The position numbers and the translations under genes were made by a program. 64,000 nt of DNA from Candidatus Woesearchaeota archaeon (GTDB taxonomy: Archaea; Nanobdellota; Nanobdellia; Woesearchaeales; JAFGPW01), in NCBI GenBank assembly GCA_016935985.1, contig JAFGPW010000004.1, forward strand, positions 152,752-216,751. The letters are read 5' to 3'. How positions within the stretch are numbered: position 1 is the stretch's first letter; the number at the start of each line of letters is the position of its first letter. This document shows, in pieces, positions 19,009-29,398 of the stretch. The notes beneath the pieces are model-generated. The model ran no database searches. It saw only the letters and a list, made by a program, of their open reading frames with translations, and was not told the origin of the DNA.

Positions 19009-19704
19009 TCACCTGCGTGCGGACCTCTTCACCACGAAGAGCGCGTGGTCCTTCTCGAACGGGTCGAGCTCCCGGTGGTCGACCACGGTTATCCTCTGCT
19101 CGAGCTCCTTGAGGACCGTCCGGTACAGCTGCTTCGGCTTCTTGGTGACGTCGATCGAGCGCGCCTTGACGCAGAGGACGGCGAAGCCCTCATCCTTGAG
19201 GAAGAGGTCACAGTTCTTGAGGAAGATCCGCACCTGGTCCTTCTGCGCGACGTCCATGTAGACGAAGTCGGCGAGGCAGACGCGCCGCGCGAGCTCCTTC
19301 GTGTCGTTCGCGTCGCAGAGGATGGGGACGACCGTCGGCCGCTTCTCTGCCATGAAGAGCAGGTCGCGCATGGTCCGGTACGCCATGTCGACCGCGAAGA
19401 CGAGGCCGCGCTTGCCGACGATGTCGGCGACGTGCGAGACAGTCGTCCCTGAGGCGGCGCCGAGGTAGAGGACATAGTCGCCTTCCCTGACCCCGATCTG
19501 GGATATCCCTTTCATGATGGCTGCCGCGAGCTTGCTCCGCGATGGGTCCCAGGAACGATACTCACTCTTGCCGTCCCTGAGGAGCTCTTCTCCGTAGACC
19601 GGCTCGCCAGGGACGAGGCTCTTCGTATAGAGCGCTTTCCGGTTCCCCTTTCTGCCGAGGAAGATGTTCGGGAACTTCTGCCCGAGCGGGCTCAGCTGCG
19701 GCAC
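19009..19704 (-). CDS. flpA: Fibrillarin-like rRNA/tRNA 2'-O-methyltransferase
   Basis: WDPSRSKLAAA, VLYLGAASGTTVSHVADIV. Confidence 0.96.
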   Translation of the reverse strand: MPQLSPLGQKFPNIFLGRKGNRKALYTKSLVPGEPVYGEELLRDGKSEYRSWDPSRSKLAAAIMKGISQIGVREGDYVLYLGAASGTTVSHVADIVGKRGLVFAVDMAYRTMRDLLFMAEKRPTVVPILCDANDTKELARRVCLADFVYMDVAQKDQVRIFLKNCDLFLKDEGFAVLCVKARSIDVTKKPKQLYRTVLKELEQRITVVDHRELDPFEKDHALFVVKRSARR

Positions 19705-20597
19705 AGCTTCACCTCCAGCTCCTCGTACAGGCGGTCGGCGACGTACGTGCCCTTGAAGTAGTCGACCCGCGCCGCGATCACGATCTTGTCGGCGAGCATC
19801 CTCGCCGCCCTGCCCTTGTCGCCCCGCTTCGCGCCGGAGACGAGCGGGTGCTGGGATATCAGGCCGTGCTTAGGTGGCGGCGCCTTGGTGCGCATGTGGC
19901 GAAAGAGCGCCTTCTCGGCGCCGAGCATCTGGAGCTTGGAGGCGGTCATGCGGACGATCGCGGCAAACGATCCCGCGTGCGCGAGCAGGCGGGCGCCGAC
20001 GGCGGCGCCGGCGAGGCGCGTGTAGTTCGGATAGAGCCGCTCCATGCCGGTCTTGATATACTCTGCCTGACACCTCTTGACATCAGCGAGCGAGACGATC
20101 ACTTCGGCGAGGGAGCGCACCGCACGGTCGTCGGCCTCCGGGAGGCCTACGCCGAGCGAGGAGCTATCGTCCATGCCGAGTGAGGCGAGAAGCTCGCTGC
20201 GCGAGGACCCTGCGATCCGCTTCGCGAGCGTCTCTGCTGCTGGTATCGCCTCGACGAGCTCGGGAAGCGTGATTGCGTACCATTCGGCGAGGCGCTTCCC
20301 CAGGAGGCCCATCGCCTTGTCGATCTCCTCGAGCAGGTGGGCGGCGTGGATGAGGAGGATGTCGTCATAGTGATGCCCCTTGATTGCTCTCCGGGTCTGC
20401 GCGGTGTTGGTGGTCCGGAACCGGTGAGCCGGCACTTGCGAGCGGAGCGCCGCAAGGAATTCGCGCAGGTGGCCTTCTGGCAAAGGGGGGAGGCCTTCTG
20501 TTCCTCTCACGCCGTCTGCCCCGACGATCGAGCCGTCGCCCGCCACCGCGTACGCGCCCGAGAGGTGGTTGAAACGGTATCTTGGTGCTGTCGCCAT
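19692..20597 (-). CDS. nop5: Nop5 (Nop56/58) C/D box sRNP protein
   Basis: EWY...PEL, QMLGAEKALFRH, PPKHG, AARVDYF; upstream of flpA. Confidence 0.92.
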   Translation of the reverse strand: MATAPRYRFNHLSGAYAVAGDGSIVGADGVRGTEGLPPLPEGHLREFLAALRSQVPAHRFRTTNTAQTRRAIKGHHYDDILLIHAAHLLEEIDKAMGLLGKRLAEWYAITLPELVEAIPAAETLAKRIAGSSRSELLASLGMDDSSSLGVGLPEADDRAVRSLAEVIVSLADVKRCQAEYIKTGMERLYPNYTRLAGAAVGARLLAHAGSFAAIVRMTASKLQMLGAEKALFRHMRTKAPPPKHGLISQHPLVSGAKRGDKGRAARMLADKIVIAARVDYFKGTYVADRLYEELEVKLCRS

Positions 20598-20749
20598 GGG
20601 CCTTGCGGAAGACCTCCTGCCTATATTATCTTTTCGCAATAGGGGAGGAGCCCCCAACAATAGACCGCTCGTATGCTTCTTGGCAGATATAGAATTAAAG
20701 CAGATATTGACCTTTTTTAGACAAAAGAAAGCAAATTTTATCTTATTTA

Positions 20750-20766
20750 TACTTACATTGTAAGTA
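20750..20766. promoter_or_regulatory. Perfect 8-1-8 palindrome, putative operator
   Basis: TACTTACA-T-TGTAAGTA in an AT-rich divergent intergenic region, ~55 nt upstream of TTTATATA at ~20822. Confidence 0.55.
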
Positions 20767-20896
20767 GAAAAATCAAGCGAAATGGCTCGACAGCATGATG
20801 AAGTACGCGCAAATGGAAAGATTTATATATTTCATACCACCTTAGTATATCAATTCGTATATTGATTGGGTTTACCAATCAAGTATCCGAGAAAAA

Positions 20897-21769
20897 ATGA
20901 GAATTATACTGAAGCGACGGGACATCGCAGCCATGCTGCTCGCTCTCACCGCACTCTTCCTGGTCCCCTCAGCCCCTGACGCCCTCGCCGCGGTCACGAA
21001 CATCACCTTCACGGTCCACCTCACGGTCGGCAACTATCCGCCGACAATCGATTGGATTGTCACTGTCCCCGCCCAGGACCCGACCGAAGCTGCCAACACC
21101 ACGTTCTACGTCTGGTACAACGTCTCCGATCCTGACGGCGCCGGAACCATCAACAACAACACCGCCGAGGTCGTGATCAACCGGTCCGGCGTCTCGCTCA
21201 CCGCGATCAGCTGCTCGAACGCCACGATCAACGGCACCATGCAGACAATCAACTGCACCATGGAGATCGAGTATTACCGGAACGCCGGCGGCTGGGACAT
21301 CAACGTCTCTATCAGGGACATCAGCTCGGCGTTCGCGAACGACACATCCAACTCCTTCACGTACAACATGCTCTCCGCGCTCTGGATGAACACGACTGCG
21401 ATTAGCTTCGGGAGCGTCAACATCGGCCAGACGAACGTCGCGCCGAACTCCTCTCTCGTGCTCAACAATACGGGGAACGTCGACTTCACCGAGGTCAACA
21501 TAACGGCGTACGACCTCGTCGGCTTCACGAACCCCAGCTACTCGATCGCAGCCGACAACTTCACCGTCCGCCTGAACGCATCGACCCTCGGCGGCGATGT
21601 TCTCGACAACGTGACGAACACGACGGTCACCGGCGCGACGGTGCCGCACGGCGCGCCGCCGGCATCGAACGAATCGCTCTGGATCTACATCAACCAGGTC
21701 CCCGGCGGCCTGATCTCGCAGGACTACAACACCACAAACTCTCTCGATTGGTGGGTCCTCGTCGGATAA
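20897..21769 (+). CDS. Secreted beta-rich glycoprotein (surface/S-layer-associated candidate)
   Basis: Signal peptide; many N-x-S/T sequons; Ig-like alternating strands. Confidence 0.75.
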   Translation: MRIILKRRDIAAMLLALTALFLVPSAPDALAAVTNITFTVHLTVGNYPPTIDWIVTVPAQDPTEAANTTFYVWYNVSDPDGAGTINNNTAEVVINRSGVSLTAISCSNATINGTMQTINCTMEIEYYRNAGGWDINVSIRDISSAFANDTSNSFTYNMLSALWMNTTAISFGSVNIGQTNVAPNSSLVLNNTGNVDFTEVNITAYDLVGFTNPSYSIAADNFTVRLNASTLGGDVLDNVTNTTVTGATVPHGAPPASNESLWIYINQVPGGLISQDYNTTNSLDWWVLVG

Positions 21770-21771
21770 GC

Positions 21772-22365
21772 ATGATGGTCTTTGGATACCAAACCCTGGC
21801 GCTACTCTGCACGCTCATCCTGGCGGCAATCCCGTCCGCTGTGGCTATTGGGGTCGCCGCCGACTACCTCGAGGGCGACGTTCTCGAGCTGCCGCAGGGC
21901 GGCTGGACGACGTATGGTATCAGGCTCCAGAACCCGACGTCGGGGACCTATGAGGTCGAGCTCGACTACGACGATTCCCTCGGGACAGTCATCGGCGGGC
22001 AGAAGCGCTTCATCCTCGAGCCCCAGACATACAGGAACGCGGTCACCTTCAACATCACTGGCCCGCCGGGAGCCCGGCCGGGCGACGAGTTCACCTTCTT
22101 CTACTCTATGGTGCCAATCGTCCAGCCCGATTCGGGGGCGATCTCCATCAAGACCCGGGTCGGCAACCGGTTCACGCTGCGGATCGTGGGGAATCCTGAC
22201 CTCATCCCTCCGGACGGGGAGCAAGCCTCATCCGGCGCAGCGACGGCGAACCCGTGGCTGCTCGTGGGCATCCTCGTCCTCGCGTCGGGAATCGCGTACG
22301 TCCTCGCCGGCAGGACCGTCAGCGACGGCGGACCCCTTCCTAGGCAAAAGCGAAGGATTAAATAG
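21772..22365 (+). CDS. Secreted, C-terminally membrane-anchored Ig-like protein
   Basis: Signal peptide (AIGV), single C-terminal TM, basic tail. Confidence 0.7.
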   Translation: MMVFGYQTLALLCTLILAAIPSAVAIGVAADYLEGDVLELPQGGWTTYGIRLQNPTSGTYEVELDYDDSLGTVIGGQKRFILEPQTYRNAVTFNITGPPGARPGDEFTFFYSMVPIVQPDSGAISIKTRVGNRFTLRIVGNPDLIPPDGEQASSGAATANPWLLVGILVLASGIAYVLAGRTVSDGGPLPRQKRRIK

Positions 22366-22386
22366 GCCGCATCCCTCCTTCGGGCC

Positions 22387-23109
22387 ATGGCGAGGATCGC
22401 GAGGGAGAGGTGGAAGACCAGGGACGCGGTCTTCGACCAGTTCACGCTGCGCACCCTGTTCAGGCTCTCGGCGACGCTCGGCCTCTCAGAGGACATAAGC
22501 CCGATGAAGATCGGCAAGGAGGCGAATGTCTTCTCGGCGAGGACGGACGACCGGACGGTCGCGATCAAGATCTACCGGCTCGAGACATGCGACTTCAACC
22601 GCATGTACGACTACATCAGGTACGACCCCCGTTACGCGCACCTCAAGAACAACCGCCGCAAGACCATCTTCGCCTGGACGCAGCGCGAGTTCCGCAACCT
22701 GCAGAAGGCGCACGCCGCCGGCGTCACCGTCCCCCAGCCGTATGCGTTCTCGAACAATATCGTGGCGATGCAGTTCATCGGCGGGAGCGAGCCTGCCCCG
22801 CAGCTCAAGGACGCGCGGCCCTTGGACCCTGACAGGTTCTTCGCTGACACAGTCTCGTCGCTCCAGCTGCTCTACCGCGCCGGCCTCGTGCACGGCGATC
22901 TCTCCACATTCAACATCCTCAACGACGATGAGCGGCCGGTGCTGATCGACTTCTCCCAGGCGACACCGACGAACAGCGCGCGCGCCGACGAGCTCCTCGC
23001 AAGGGACGCGAAGAATCTCGCCGGATACTTCGCCAAGCTCGGCATACGGACCGACCCCGCCTCGTTCGCAGACAGGGTGCGGGCATCGGGGCCCATCCAC
23101 AAGATTTAA
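22387..23109 (+). CDS. rio1: RIO1-family serine protein kinase
   Basis: GKEANVF, AIKIY, VHGDLSTFNIL, IDFSQ. Confidence 0.93.
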   Translation: MARIARERWKTRDAVFDQFTLRTLFRLSATLGLSEDISPMKIGKEANVFSARTDDRTVAIKIYRLETCDFNRMYDYIRYDPRYAHLKNNRRKTIFAWTQREFRNLQKAHAAGVTVPQPYAFSNNIVAMQFIGGSEPAPQLKDARPLDPDRFFADTVSSLQLLYRAGLVHGDLSTFNILNDDERPVLIDFSQATPTNSARADELLARDAKNLAGYFAKLGIRTDPASFADRVRASGPIHKI

Positions 23110-23134
23110 AAAAGGGGTTCGATTTGCCAGGGGC

Positions 23135-23704
23135 ATGACCCGGTTTTCCTATGAGCTCAAGGTCCCGAGAGAACGTATCGCGGTCCTCATCGGCAAGAAC
23201 GGCGAGGTGAAGCGGCAGCTCGAGGAGCTCACCCGTTCGACCATCAGGGTTGACTCCGAGGAAGGGGACGTCTTCGTCGAGGGCGACGATGCGCTCTCGC
23301 TCTACACCACGCGCGAGATAATCCAGGCGGTCTCCCGCGGCTTCAACCCTGAGGTGGCGACGCTCCTCCTCAAGCAGGACTACGCCCTCGAGATACTCTC
23401 CATCGCCGACTTCGCGAAGACCAAGAACCATCTGGTGCGGATCAAGGGACGCATTATAGGGAGCGAGGGGAAGGCCCGGCGGGCCATCGAGGCGCTCACC
23501 GACGCCCACATCTCGGTGTACGGCAAGACCGTCGCGATCATCGGCGAGACCGAGGCGGCACTCTACGCCAAGCGGGCGATCGAGATGCTGCTCTCGGGCA
23601 GCCCGCACACGAACGTCTACAAGATGCTCGAGAAGCGTCGCAAGGAGATGAAGCTGAAATGGATGCTGCCGCGGGACGATGGTAAGGGGGACGAAGAGCC
23701 ATGA
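23135..23704 (+). CDS. KH-domain RNA-processing protein (Dim2/Pno1/Krr1-like)
   Basis: LIGKNG and [10 protein letters not shown] loops; RGF.PE; conserved rio1-KH-top6 neighbourhood. Confidence 0.92.
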   Translation: MTRFSYELKVPRERIAVLIGKNGEVKRQLEELTRSTIRVDSEEGDVFVEGDDALSLYTTREIIQAVSRGFNPEVATLLLKQDYALEILSIADFAKTKNHLVRIKGRIIGSEGKARRAIEALTDAHISVYGKTVAIIGETEAALYAKRAIEMLLSGSPHTNVYKMLEKRRKEMKLKWMLPRDDGKGDEEP

Positions 23705-25380
23705 GCGCTGATATGGACAGCATCAAGACGAAGGCGCAGGAGATGGCGACCAAGCAGCGCGAGATATCGGTCGCCGAGTTCTTCGCCAAGAACCGCCACC
23801 TGCTCGGCTTCGACAACAAACGCAAGGCCCTGATGACGACGGTGAAGGAGGCGGTCGACAACTCGCTCGACGCGTGCGAGGAGGCAGGGATACTCCCTGA
23901 GGTCTCTATCGATATCATCGACATGAAGGAGGACCGGTACCGGATCATCGTCGAGGACAACGGGCCGGGCATCGTCAAGCAGCAGATTCCGAAGATCTTC
24001 GCGAAACTCCTCTATGGCAGCAAGTTCCACCGGCTGAAGATGAGCCGCGGCCAGCAGGGGATCGGCATCTCGGCGTCGGTCATGTACGCCCAGATGACGA
24101 CCGGCAGGCCCGCGAAGATCGTCTCCAAGATCCACCCGAACGAGCCGGCACACTACTACGAGCTCCATATCGATACCGAGAAGAACCGGCCCGACATCGT
24201 CAAGGAAGACACGGTCGAGTGGGCGAAGGAGCACGGGACCAAGATTGAGCTCGACCTCGAAGGCACCTACCAGGTTGGGAACCAGTCGGTCGACGAGTAC
24301 CTCAAGGAGACCGCGATCACGAACCCCCATATCACCATCATCTACACCAATCCCAAGGCCCAGCAGCTGATATTCCCGCGCGCGACCGAGACGCTGCCCG
24401 ACGAGCCGAAGGAGATCGCGCCGCACCCGTACGGCGTCGAGCTCGGCATGCTCTTCAAGATGATGCAGCAGACGCAGTACCGGACGCTCCAGGCGTTCCT
24501 GACGAACGAGTTCTCGCGCGTCGGCGCGGGCACCGCGAAGCAGATTTGCGAGAACGCTGCGCTGCTCCCGAACGCCGCCCCCTCCAAGCTCTCGCGCGTG
24601 CAGGCGGAGCAGCTGCTCAAGGGGATCAACGCGACGAAGATCATGGCGCCGCCGACCGATTGCATCAGCCCGATCGGCGCCGACCCCCTTGAGAAGGGCC
24701 TGCGGAAGGAGATCAACGCCGAGTTCTACGCGACGACGACCCGGTCGCCGGCGGTCTATCGCGGCAATCCCTTCATCATCGAGGTGGGCATCGCCTACGG
24801 CGGCGACCAGCCGGGCGACACGCCGGTCAGGCTCATGCGGTTCGCGAACAGGGTGCCGCTCCTCTACCAGCAGGGCGCGTGCGTCATGAACAAGGCGACG
24901 GTCGGCACGGCCTGGCGGTCCTACGGCCTCTCCCAAAGCCAGGGGGCGCTTCCCGTCGGACCGATGACGATCATCATCCACATCGCGAGCGTATGGGTGC
25001 CGTTCACCTCGGAGTCGAAAGAGGCGATCGCGCACTACCCGGAGATCTACAAGGAGATGAGGCTCGCTCTCCAGGAGGTCGGGCGCAAGCTGTCGAGCTA
25101 CGTGAACCGGAAGAGGCGGGTGCGCGACGAGCTCAACAAGCGCTCGTTCATCGAGAAGTACATCCCGCATGTCGCTGAGGCGCTCAAGGAGCTCGTCGGC
25201 GCGAAGGGGTTTGACGGGCGCGCGGTCGAGGAGTCGCTCAAGAAGATCCTCGAGAAAAAGCGCGGCACGGTCGAGCCGCTGGAGTTCGACAAGGAGGCGA
25301 ACGTCGATTTCGACGAGGAGTTCGCGCGGATAGGGAAGGAAGGCGATGAGGAAGGAGAGGGAGGCGATGACGATGAGTGA
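23701..25380 (+). CDS. top6B: DNA topoisomerase VI subunit B
   Basis: [45 protein letters not shown]. Confidence 0.97.
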   Translation: MSADMDSIKTKAQEMATKQREISVAEFFAKNRHLLGFDNKRKALMTTVKEAVDNSLDACEEAGILPEVSIDIIDMKEDRYRIIVEDNGPGIVKQQIPKIFAKLLYGSKFHRLKMSRGQQGIGISASVMYAQMTTGRPAKIVSKIHPNEPAHYYELHIDTEKNRPDIVKEDTVEWAKEHGTKIELDLEGTYQVGNQSVDEYLKETAITNPHITIIYTNPKAQQLIFPRATETLPDEPKEIAPHPYGVELGMLFKMMQQTQYRTLQAFLTNEFSRVGAGTAKQICENAALLPNAAPSKLSRVQAEQLLKGINATKIMAPPTDCISPIGADPLEKGLRKEINAEFYATTTRSPAVYRGNPFIIEVGIAYGGDQPGDTPVRLMRFANRVPLLYQQGACVMNKATVGTAWRSYGLSQSQGALPVGPMTIIIHIASVWVPFTSESKEAIAHYPEIYKEMRLALQEVGRKLSSYVNRKRRVRDELNKRSFIEKYIPHVAEALKELVGAKGFDGRAVEESLKKILEKKRGTVEPLEFDKEANVDFDEEFARIGKEGDEEGEGGDDDE

Positions 25381-26458
25381 GGAGACCGGGAAGCGGATAC
25401 AGGGCATCGCGAAGGGCATCTACGACGACATCCTCAGGAAGAAGCAGCCCCACGTCGACATGCCGCTGCGCTCTCTCCAGAACGTCACCTACGACCCGAA
25501 GGAGGGGTATTTCCAGCTCGACGGCAAGGTCAAGCAGCGCACGCTCACGGCATCCACCATCAAGACCTTCGCCCAGACGCTGCGCATGATGGCGCTCTCC
25601 AAGGACCTGGTCTCGGCCGATGACATCGCGACGAAGAGGGAGGTCTACTACGTCTCCAAGAACTGGGACGAATGCCGATTCAACGAGCAGGCCGAGTCGG
25701 ACAACGTGATGGACGACATCGAGGCGATGCTCATGATGAACCGCGAGCAGATGGGCTTCATCCCTGAGGAGAAGGGAGGGGCGGTCGCCGGACGGCTCAC
25801 GGTCATCGACAAGGATCCGGAGACGGGAAAAGAGATCAAGATTGATTGCACCAAGATGGGATCGGGCGCGTACTCCATCCCGAACAGCGTCGAGGAGCTG
25901 CAGTTCGAGACCAAGGCCGACTTCATCCTCGCGATCGAGACCGCCGGTATGCACCAACGGCTGGTCAAGCATCTCTTCTGGAAGAAGAAGAACTGTATCC
26001 TCATCTCCCTCGGCGGTGTCCCCACGCGCGCCTGCAGGAGGTTCATCAGGCGCCTCGCCGACGAGCATAGGATCCCGGTCTACGGCTTCGTCGACGGCGA
26101 TATGTACGGCTGGACGAATATCTACCGGACGCTGAAGGTGGGGTCGGGCAACGCCGCGCACATCAACAAGTATTTCTGCGTGCCGCAGGCGAGCCTCTTC
26201 GGCATCACCGCCCAGGACATCGTCGACTACAAGCTGCCGACACACCCTCTGAAGGAGGTCGACATCAAGAGGGGCAAGGACGCGCTCAAGAACGACCCGT
26301 TCATCATCCAGCACAAGGAATGGCAGAAGTGCATCAAGGACCTCATCGCGATGCGGAAGAGGGCGGAGCAGCAGGCTCTCGCCAAGCACGGCCTCAATTT
26401 CGTGATCAGCGATTACTTGCCGGCGAAGCTCGAGAACGACCAGACCTGGCTGCCGTGA
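25373..26458 (+). CDS. top6A: DNA topoisomerase VI subunit A
   Basis: TKREVYY (catalytic Tyr), TOPRIM IET and [11 protein letters not shown]. Confidence 0.97.
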   Translation: MSEETGKRIQGIAKGIYDDILRKKQPHVDMPLRSLQNVTYDPKEGYFQLDGKVKQRTLTASTIKTFAQTLRMMALSKDLVSADDIATKREVYYVSKNWDECRFNEQAESDNVMDDIEAMLMMNREQMGFIPEEKGGAVAGRLTVIDKDPETGKEIKIDCTKMGSGAYSIPNSVEELQFETKADFILAIETAGMHQRLVKHLFWKKKNCILISLGGVPTRACRRFIRRLADEHRIPVYGFVDGDMYGWTNIYRTLKVGSGNAAHINKYFCVPQASLFGITAQDIVDYKLPTHPLKEVDIKRGKDALKNDPFIIQHKEWQKCIKDLIAMRKRAEQQALAKHGLNFVISDYLPAKLENDQTWLP

Positions 26459-26505
26459 CGGATCCCGGGCAACATTTATAAATGGACCCTGCATCCTCCG
26501 GTCAT

Positions 26506-26618
26506 GGACCTGTAGCCCAGCCTGGATAAGGCGCCGGCCTTCTACGCGAGGATCGGAGCTCTCGGGCTCTCCTTGCAAAGAGAGCCGGAGATCGGGGGTT
26601 CGAATCCCTCCAGGTCCA
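26506..26618 (+). tRNA. tRNA-Arg(TCT) with 38-nt intron at 37/38 (26545-26582)
   Basis: Acceptor GGACCTG/CAGGTCC; CCGGC-CT-TCT-A[intron]A-GCCGG; GTTCGAATC. Confidence 0.92.
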
Positions 26619-26673
26619 TTAACGGCAAATCAAAACTTTTATTAACGTGCATGGTGTTGCCGTGCCTACGAAT

Positions 26674-26799
26674 GCGGGGGTAGCCAAGCGGCTAAGGCGA
26701 TCGGCTGCAGAGCCGGTACCGCGATCGGTACGACGGGTCCTGCGGGACGATGACTGCGCTGATACCGATTATTCGGGGGTTCGAATCCCCCCCCTCGCT
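26674..26799 (+). tRNA. tRNA-Cys(GCA) with 53-nt intron at 37/38 (26711-26763)
   Basis: ATCGG-CT-GCA-G[intron]A-CCGAT; T-loop GTTCGAATC; U discriminator. Confidence 0.9.
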
Positions 26800-26865
26800 T
26801 TTTTCTTCTCTCTCACTCCATGAGCAACAGATTTAAATAGCACCATCGCGGGTATCACCATCGGG

Positions 26866-28083
26866 ATGGACTGGCATCATCACAAGGAACTGGTCATGCT
26901 GCTCTTGTTCCTCATGGCGGCGTTCGTCCTCAGCGCGCTTGTCGTCATCCTCAAGGTGACCCCCGGTTATCTCGGCCATCTGGTCGCGGAAGGCGGCAAC
27001 ATGACGAGCTTGAACATCAGCCAGCGCGAGCAGGCCGCAAGCTGGGAGGGAGTGTATGGGAACATCAGCGTCGGCGGCAGCGCCATGAGCGTCTCGGTCG
27101 GAGGCGGCGCGATCCAGCGGGTCGACATCGTCACCGCTGACAGCGGATACGCGAACGGCTCATTCAATGTCTATGCCTCCAACCAGTCGAGCCTCGACTT
27201 CGCCTGTCTCGAGCCGGCGGCGCCGTCCGACGTGGACCTCCACCTCGGCGTGGGCGCCGGCAGCCTCGGCTCCGGCACCGGCACCTTCACCGCGCAGGCG
27301 CTCTTCATGGTCTATGGCCAGAACGCGAGCCACCTGCTCAACGCGACCCTCACAAACCCGCCATCGAGCGGGTTCTGGGAAGGCATCATGCGCGACAACA
27401 GCACCGGCAACCTCGTGTTCGTCGGGAAAGTGCTGCCCGCAGGCGTCGCCTACAACGGCGAGACCGTCAACTATCAGCTGCTGCTACCGGTGAGCCCCAG
27501 CGGGAACGACACATACCATTTCTTCCTCGACCAATACGGCTGCACCGAGGAGATCGAGATCGAGCTCGCCGACAACCTCATCTCGTTCGTGTGCAACCCT
27601 ACCGACCCGAACATCTCGGTGGTTCTCGCGCCGATCGACGGCGAGTACGAGTCTGCGCACCACTACGACGACGAGGACCCGATCGACCATTGGAAGGTCT
27701 ACAACCCGGCGCTGCCCGGCTGGGTCGTGCAGGACCTCGCGACGCTCAACAGCTCGATGGGATTCTGGCTCAAGATGAACGCCTCTGACAACCTGACCGT
27801 CACCGGCTCCATGACCGGGAATAAGTTCCAGCCTCTCGGACTCGACTACAACATGGTGGGCTATCCGACGACCGTGCCGATGGCGATTAACCTCTCGCTC
27901 GCGAGCATCGAGAACAACTACACATCGATCCACATGTACAACGCATCTGACACTGCGGACCATTGGAAGGTCTACAACCCGGCGCTGCCCGGCTGGGTCG
28001 TGCAGGACCTCACGCGGACGGTGCCGCACCAAGGGTACTGGATACGCATGAACCAGACCGAGGTCTGGGAGATTATGTGGTGA
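26866..28083 (+). CDS. Surface glycoprotein with N-terminal anchor and two C-terminal DHWKVYNP repeats
   Basis: N-terminal TM; two 91-aa modules with DHWKVYNPALPGWVVQDL...G(F/Y)W. Confidence 0.8.
   Translation: MDWHHHKELVMLLLFLMAAFVLSALVVILKVTPGYLGHLVAEGGNMTSLNISQREQAASWEGVYGNISVGGSAMSVSVGGGAIQRVDIVTADSGYANGSFNVYASNQSSLDFACLEPAAPSDVDLHLGVGAGSLGSGTGTFTAQALFMVYGQNASHLLNATLTNPPSSGFWEGIMRDNSTGNLVFVGKVLPAGVAYNGETVNYQLLLPVSPSGNDTYHFFLDQYGCTEEIEIELADNLISFVCNPTDPNISVVLAPIDGEYESAHHYDDEDPIDHWKVYNPALPGWVVQDLATLNSSMGFWLKMNASDNLTVTGSMTGNKFQPLGLDYNMVGYPTTVPMAINLSLASIENNYTSIHMYNASDTADHWKVYNPALPGWVVQDLTRTVPHQGYWIRMNQTEVWEIMW
27685..28011 (+). repeat. 54-bp identical direct repeat, 273-bp period
   Basis: GACCATTGGAAGGTCTACAACCCGGCGCTGCCCGGCTGGGTCGTGCAGGACCTC at 27685 and 27958. 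Confidence 0.9.
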
Positions 28084-28085
28084 GT

Positions 28086-28898
28086 ATGAGAACGGCCCTG
28101 TCACGCATCGGCATCTGCATCCTTCTCATGCTTGCAGCGACCGGGATGACGCAGGCCACTGACACACCAATCCTCTCGGCAGAGCTGTATGGCACCCTAA
28201 CGATCAACGGCGAGGACGCTCCGATCGGCGCTGAGGTCGTGGTCACTGACCCCTCGGGCACGGTCTGCGGCAGGTTCACGGTCGAGACGATCGGCAGGTA
28301 TGGGCTGCTTTCGTGCCATGGCGACATCGGAACGACGCCCGAGGATGAGGGGGCGGTTCCGGGAGAGACGCTGAGCTTCGCCGTCGAGGGAACGGTTGCC
28401 GTCCCGGCAGCGCCGGTCGCGTACGCTGCAGGCGAATTCATCGAGGTCGGCATCGCCGCCGACATCCCTGGCTATTGGGACGTGCCAGCCGTTCCATCGG
28501 ACCGGTCTCCGGAAGAGAAGGAAGACGGCGACAGCGTCGGCAGGGGGGCGCCTTCGGGGAGCGTGCCCTTTCCACGGGAGCGGCAGATCGGCGGCACTGT
28601 TCCAAGCGATGAGAATCGCTCGGATTTTGAGATCCTCCTCGAGAGCGGTGGGGTTGCGACCGAAGAGCCGCGCGCGGTGGAGGGCGAGTCAGGCCTCGAT
28701 TTCTCGATCCTCAAGCTCTTCGGCCAGGACAAGGAAGGCAAGAGCAGGAACCCGTTCAGGGATCCGTTCGCCGGGCTCTGGATCCCGCTCATCCTCAGTT
28801 TCGCAATCCTGGTGATCTATCTGGTCGCACGGATGGTCCGTCTCGAGCGGCGACTCAGGCGGAAAGAGAGGGAATCCGAAGCGCGCACGCTCGAGTAG
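28086..28898 (+). CDS. Membrane-anchored surface protein with CG.F...YGLL.C...DEGA domain (paralog 1)
   Basis: Signal peptide, shared ~100-aa domain, C-terminal TM. Confidence 0.8.
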   Translation: MRTALSRIGICILLMLAATGMTQATDTPILSAELYGTLTINGEDAPIGAEVVVTDPSGTVCGRFTVETIGRYGLLSCHGDIGTTPEDEGAVPGETLSFAVEGTVAVPAAPVAYAAGEFIEVGIAADIPGYWDVPAVPSDRSPEEKEDGDSVGRGAPSGSVPFPRERQIGGTVPSDENRSDFEILLESGGVATEEPRAVEGESGLDFSILKLFGQDKEGKSRNPFRDPFAGLWIPLILSFAILVIYLVARMVRLERRLRRKERESEARTLE

Positions 28899-28962
28899 CC
28901 GTCGCATCTCTCCATTGTCGTCTTTTCAGACCGAAAGGTATAAATAGGAGCGAATCCACTTT

Positions 28963-29055
28963 TCTGATTATCAGATATTAATTTAGAAAGAGTAATAAAA
29001 TTTCGTATAATCATATTTAAAAATATATTATCAGATATTATCTCTGATTATCAGA
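28963..29055. promoter_or_regulatory. Repeated palindromic operator TCTGATTATCAGA
   Basis: Full copies at 28963-28975 and 29043-29055 and a partial TTATCAGATATTA at 29028-29040, flanking TTTAAAAATATA. Confidence 0.8.
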
Positions 29056-29107
29056 ATATATTCCTAGGTATGGACCAGGAAAAGAAGCGAAAAAAAGAGG
29101 CGCCCAG

Positions 29108-29398
29108 GTGAAGAGGTATCCCCGTATTGTCCAGAGCGACAGACGCGGCCAGATCGTCATCCCAAAGGACATCAGGGCAGAGCTCGGCATCGAGGAAGGA
29201 TCCGGATTCTGGGTCTACGCGATAGAGGGCGAAGGGATCCTTCTCAGGAAGATCGATGACGAGGAGCTCTCCGAAGACAACCCGGTCGTCAGGAAGCTGA
29301 AGGAGAAATCCGACAAGACATCCCTTTCTTATAAGAAGATCGACGCGACCGTGAAGCGGTACAAGCGGACGAGGAAGGGAAACCTCGAGGTGGTATGA
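29108..29398 (+). CDS. AbrB/MazE/SpoVT-family DNA-binding protein
   Basis: DRRGQIVIPKDIRAELGIEEG. Confidence 0.9.
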   Translation: MKRYPRIVQSDRRGQIVIPKDIRAELGIEEGSGFWVYAIEGEGILLRKIDDEELSEDNPVVRKLKEKSDKTSLSYKKIDATVKRYKRTRKGNLEVV

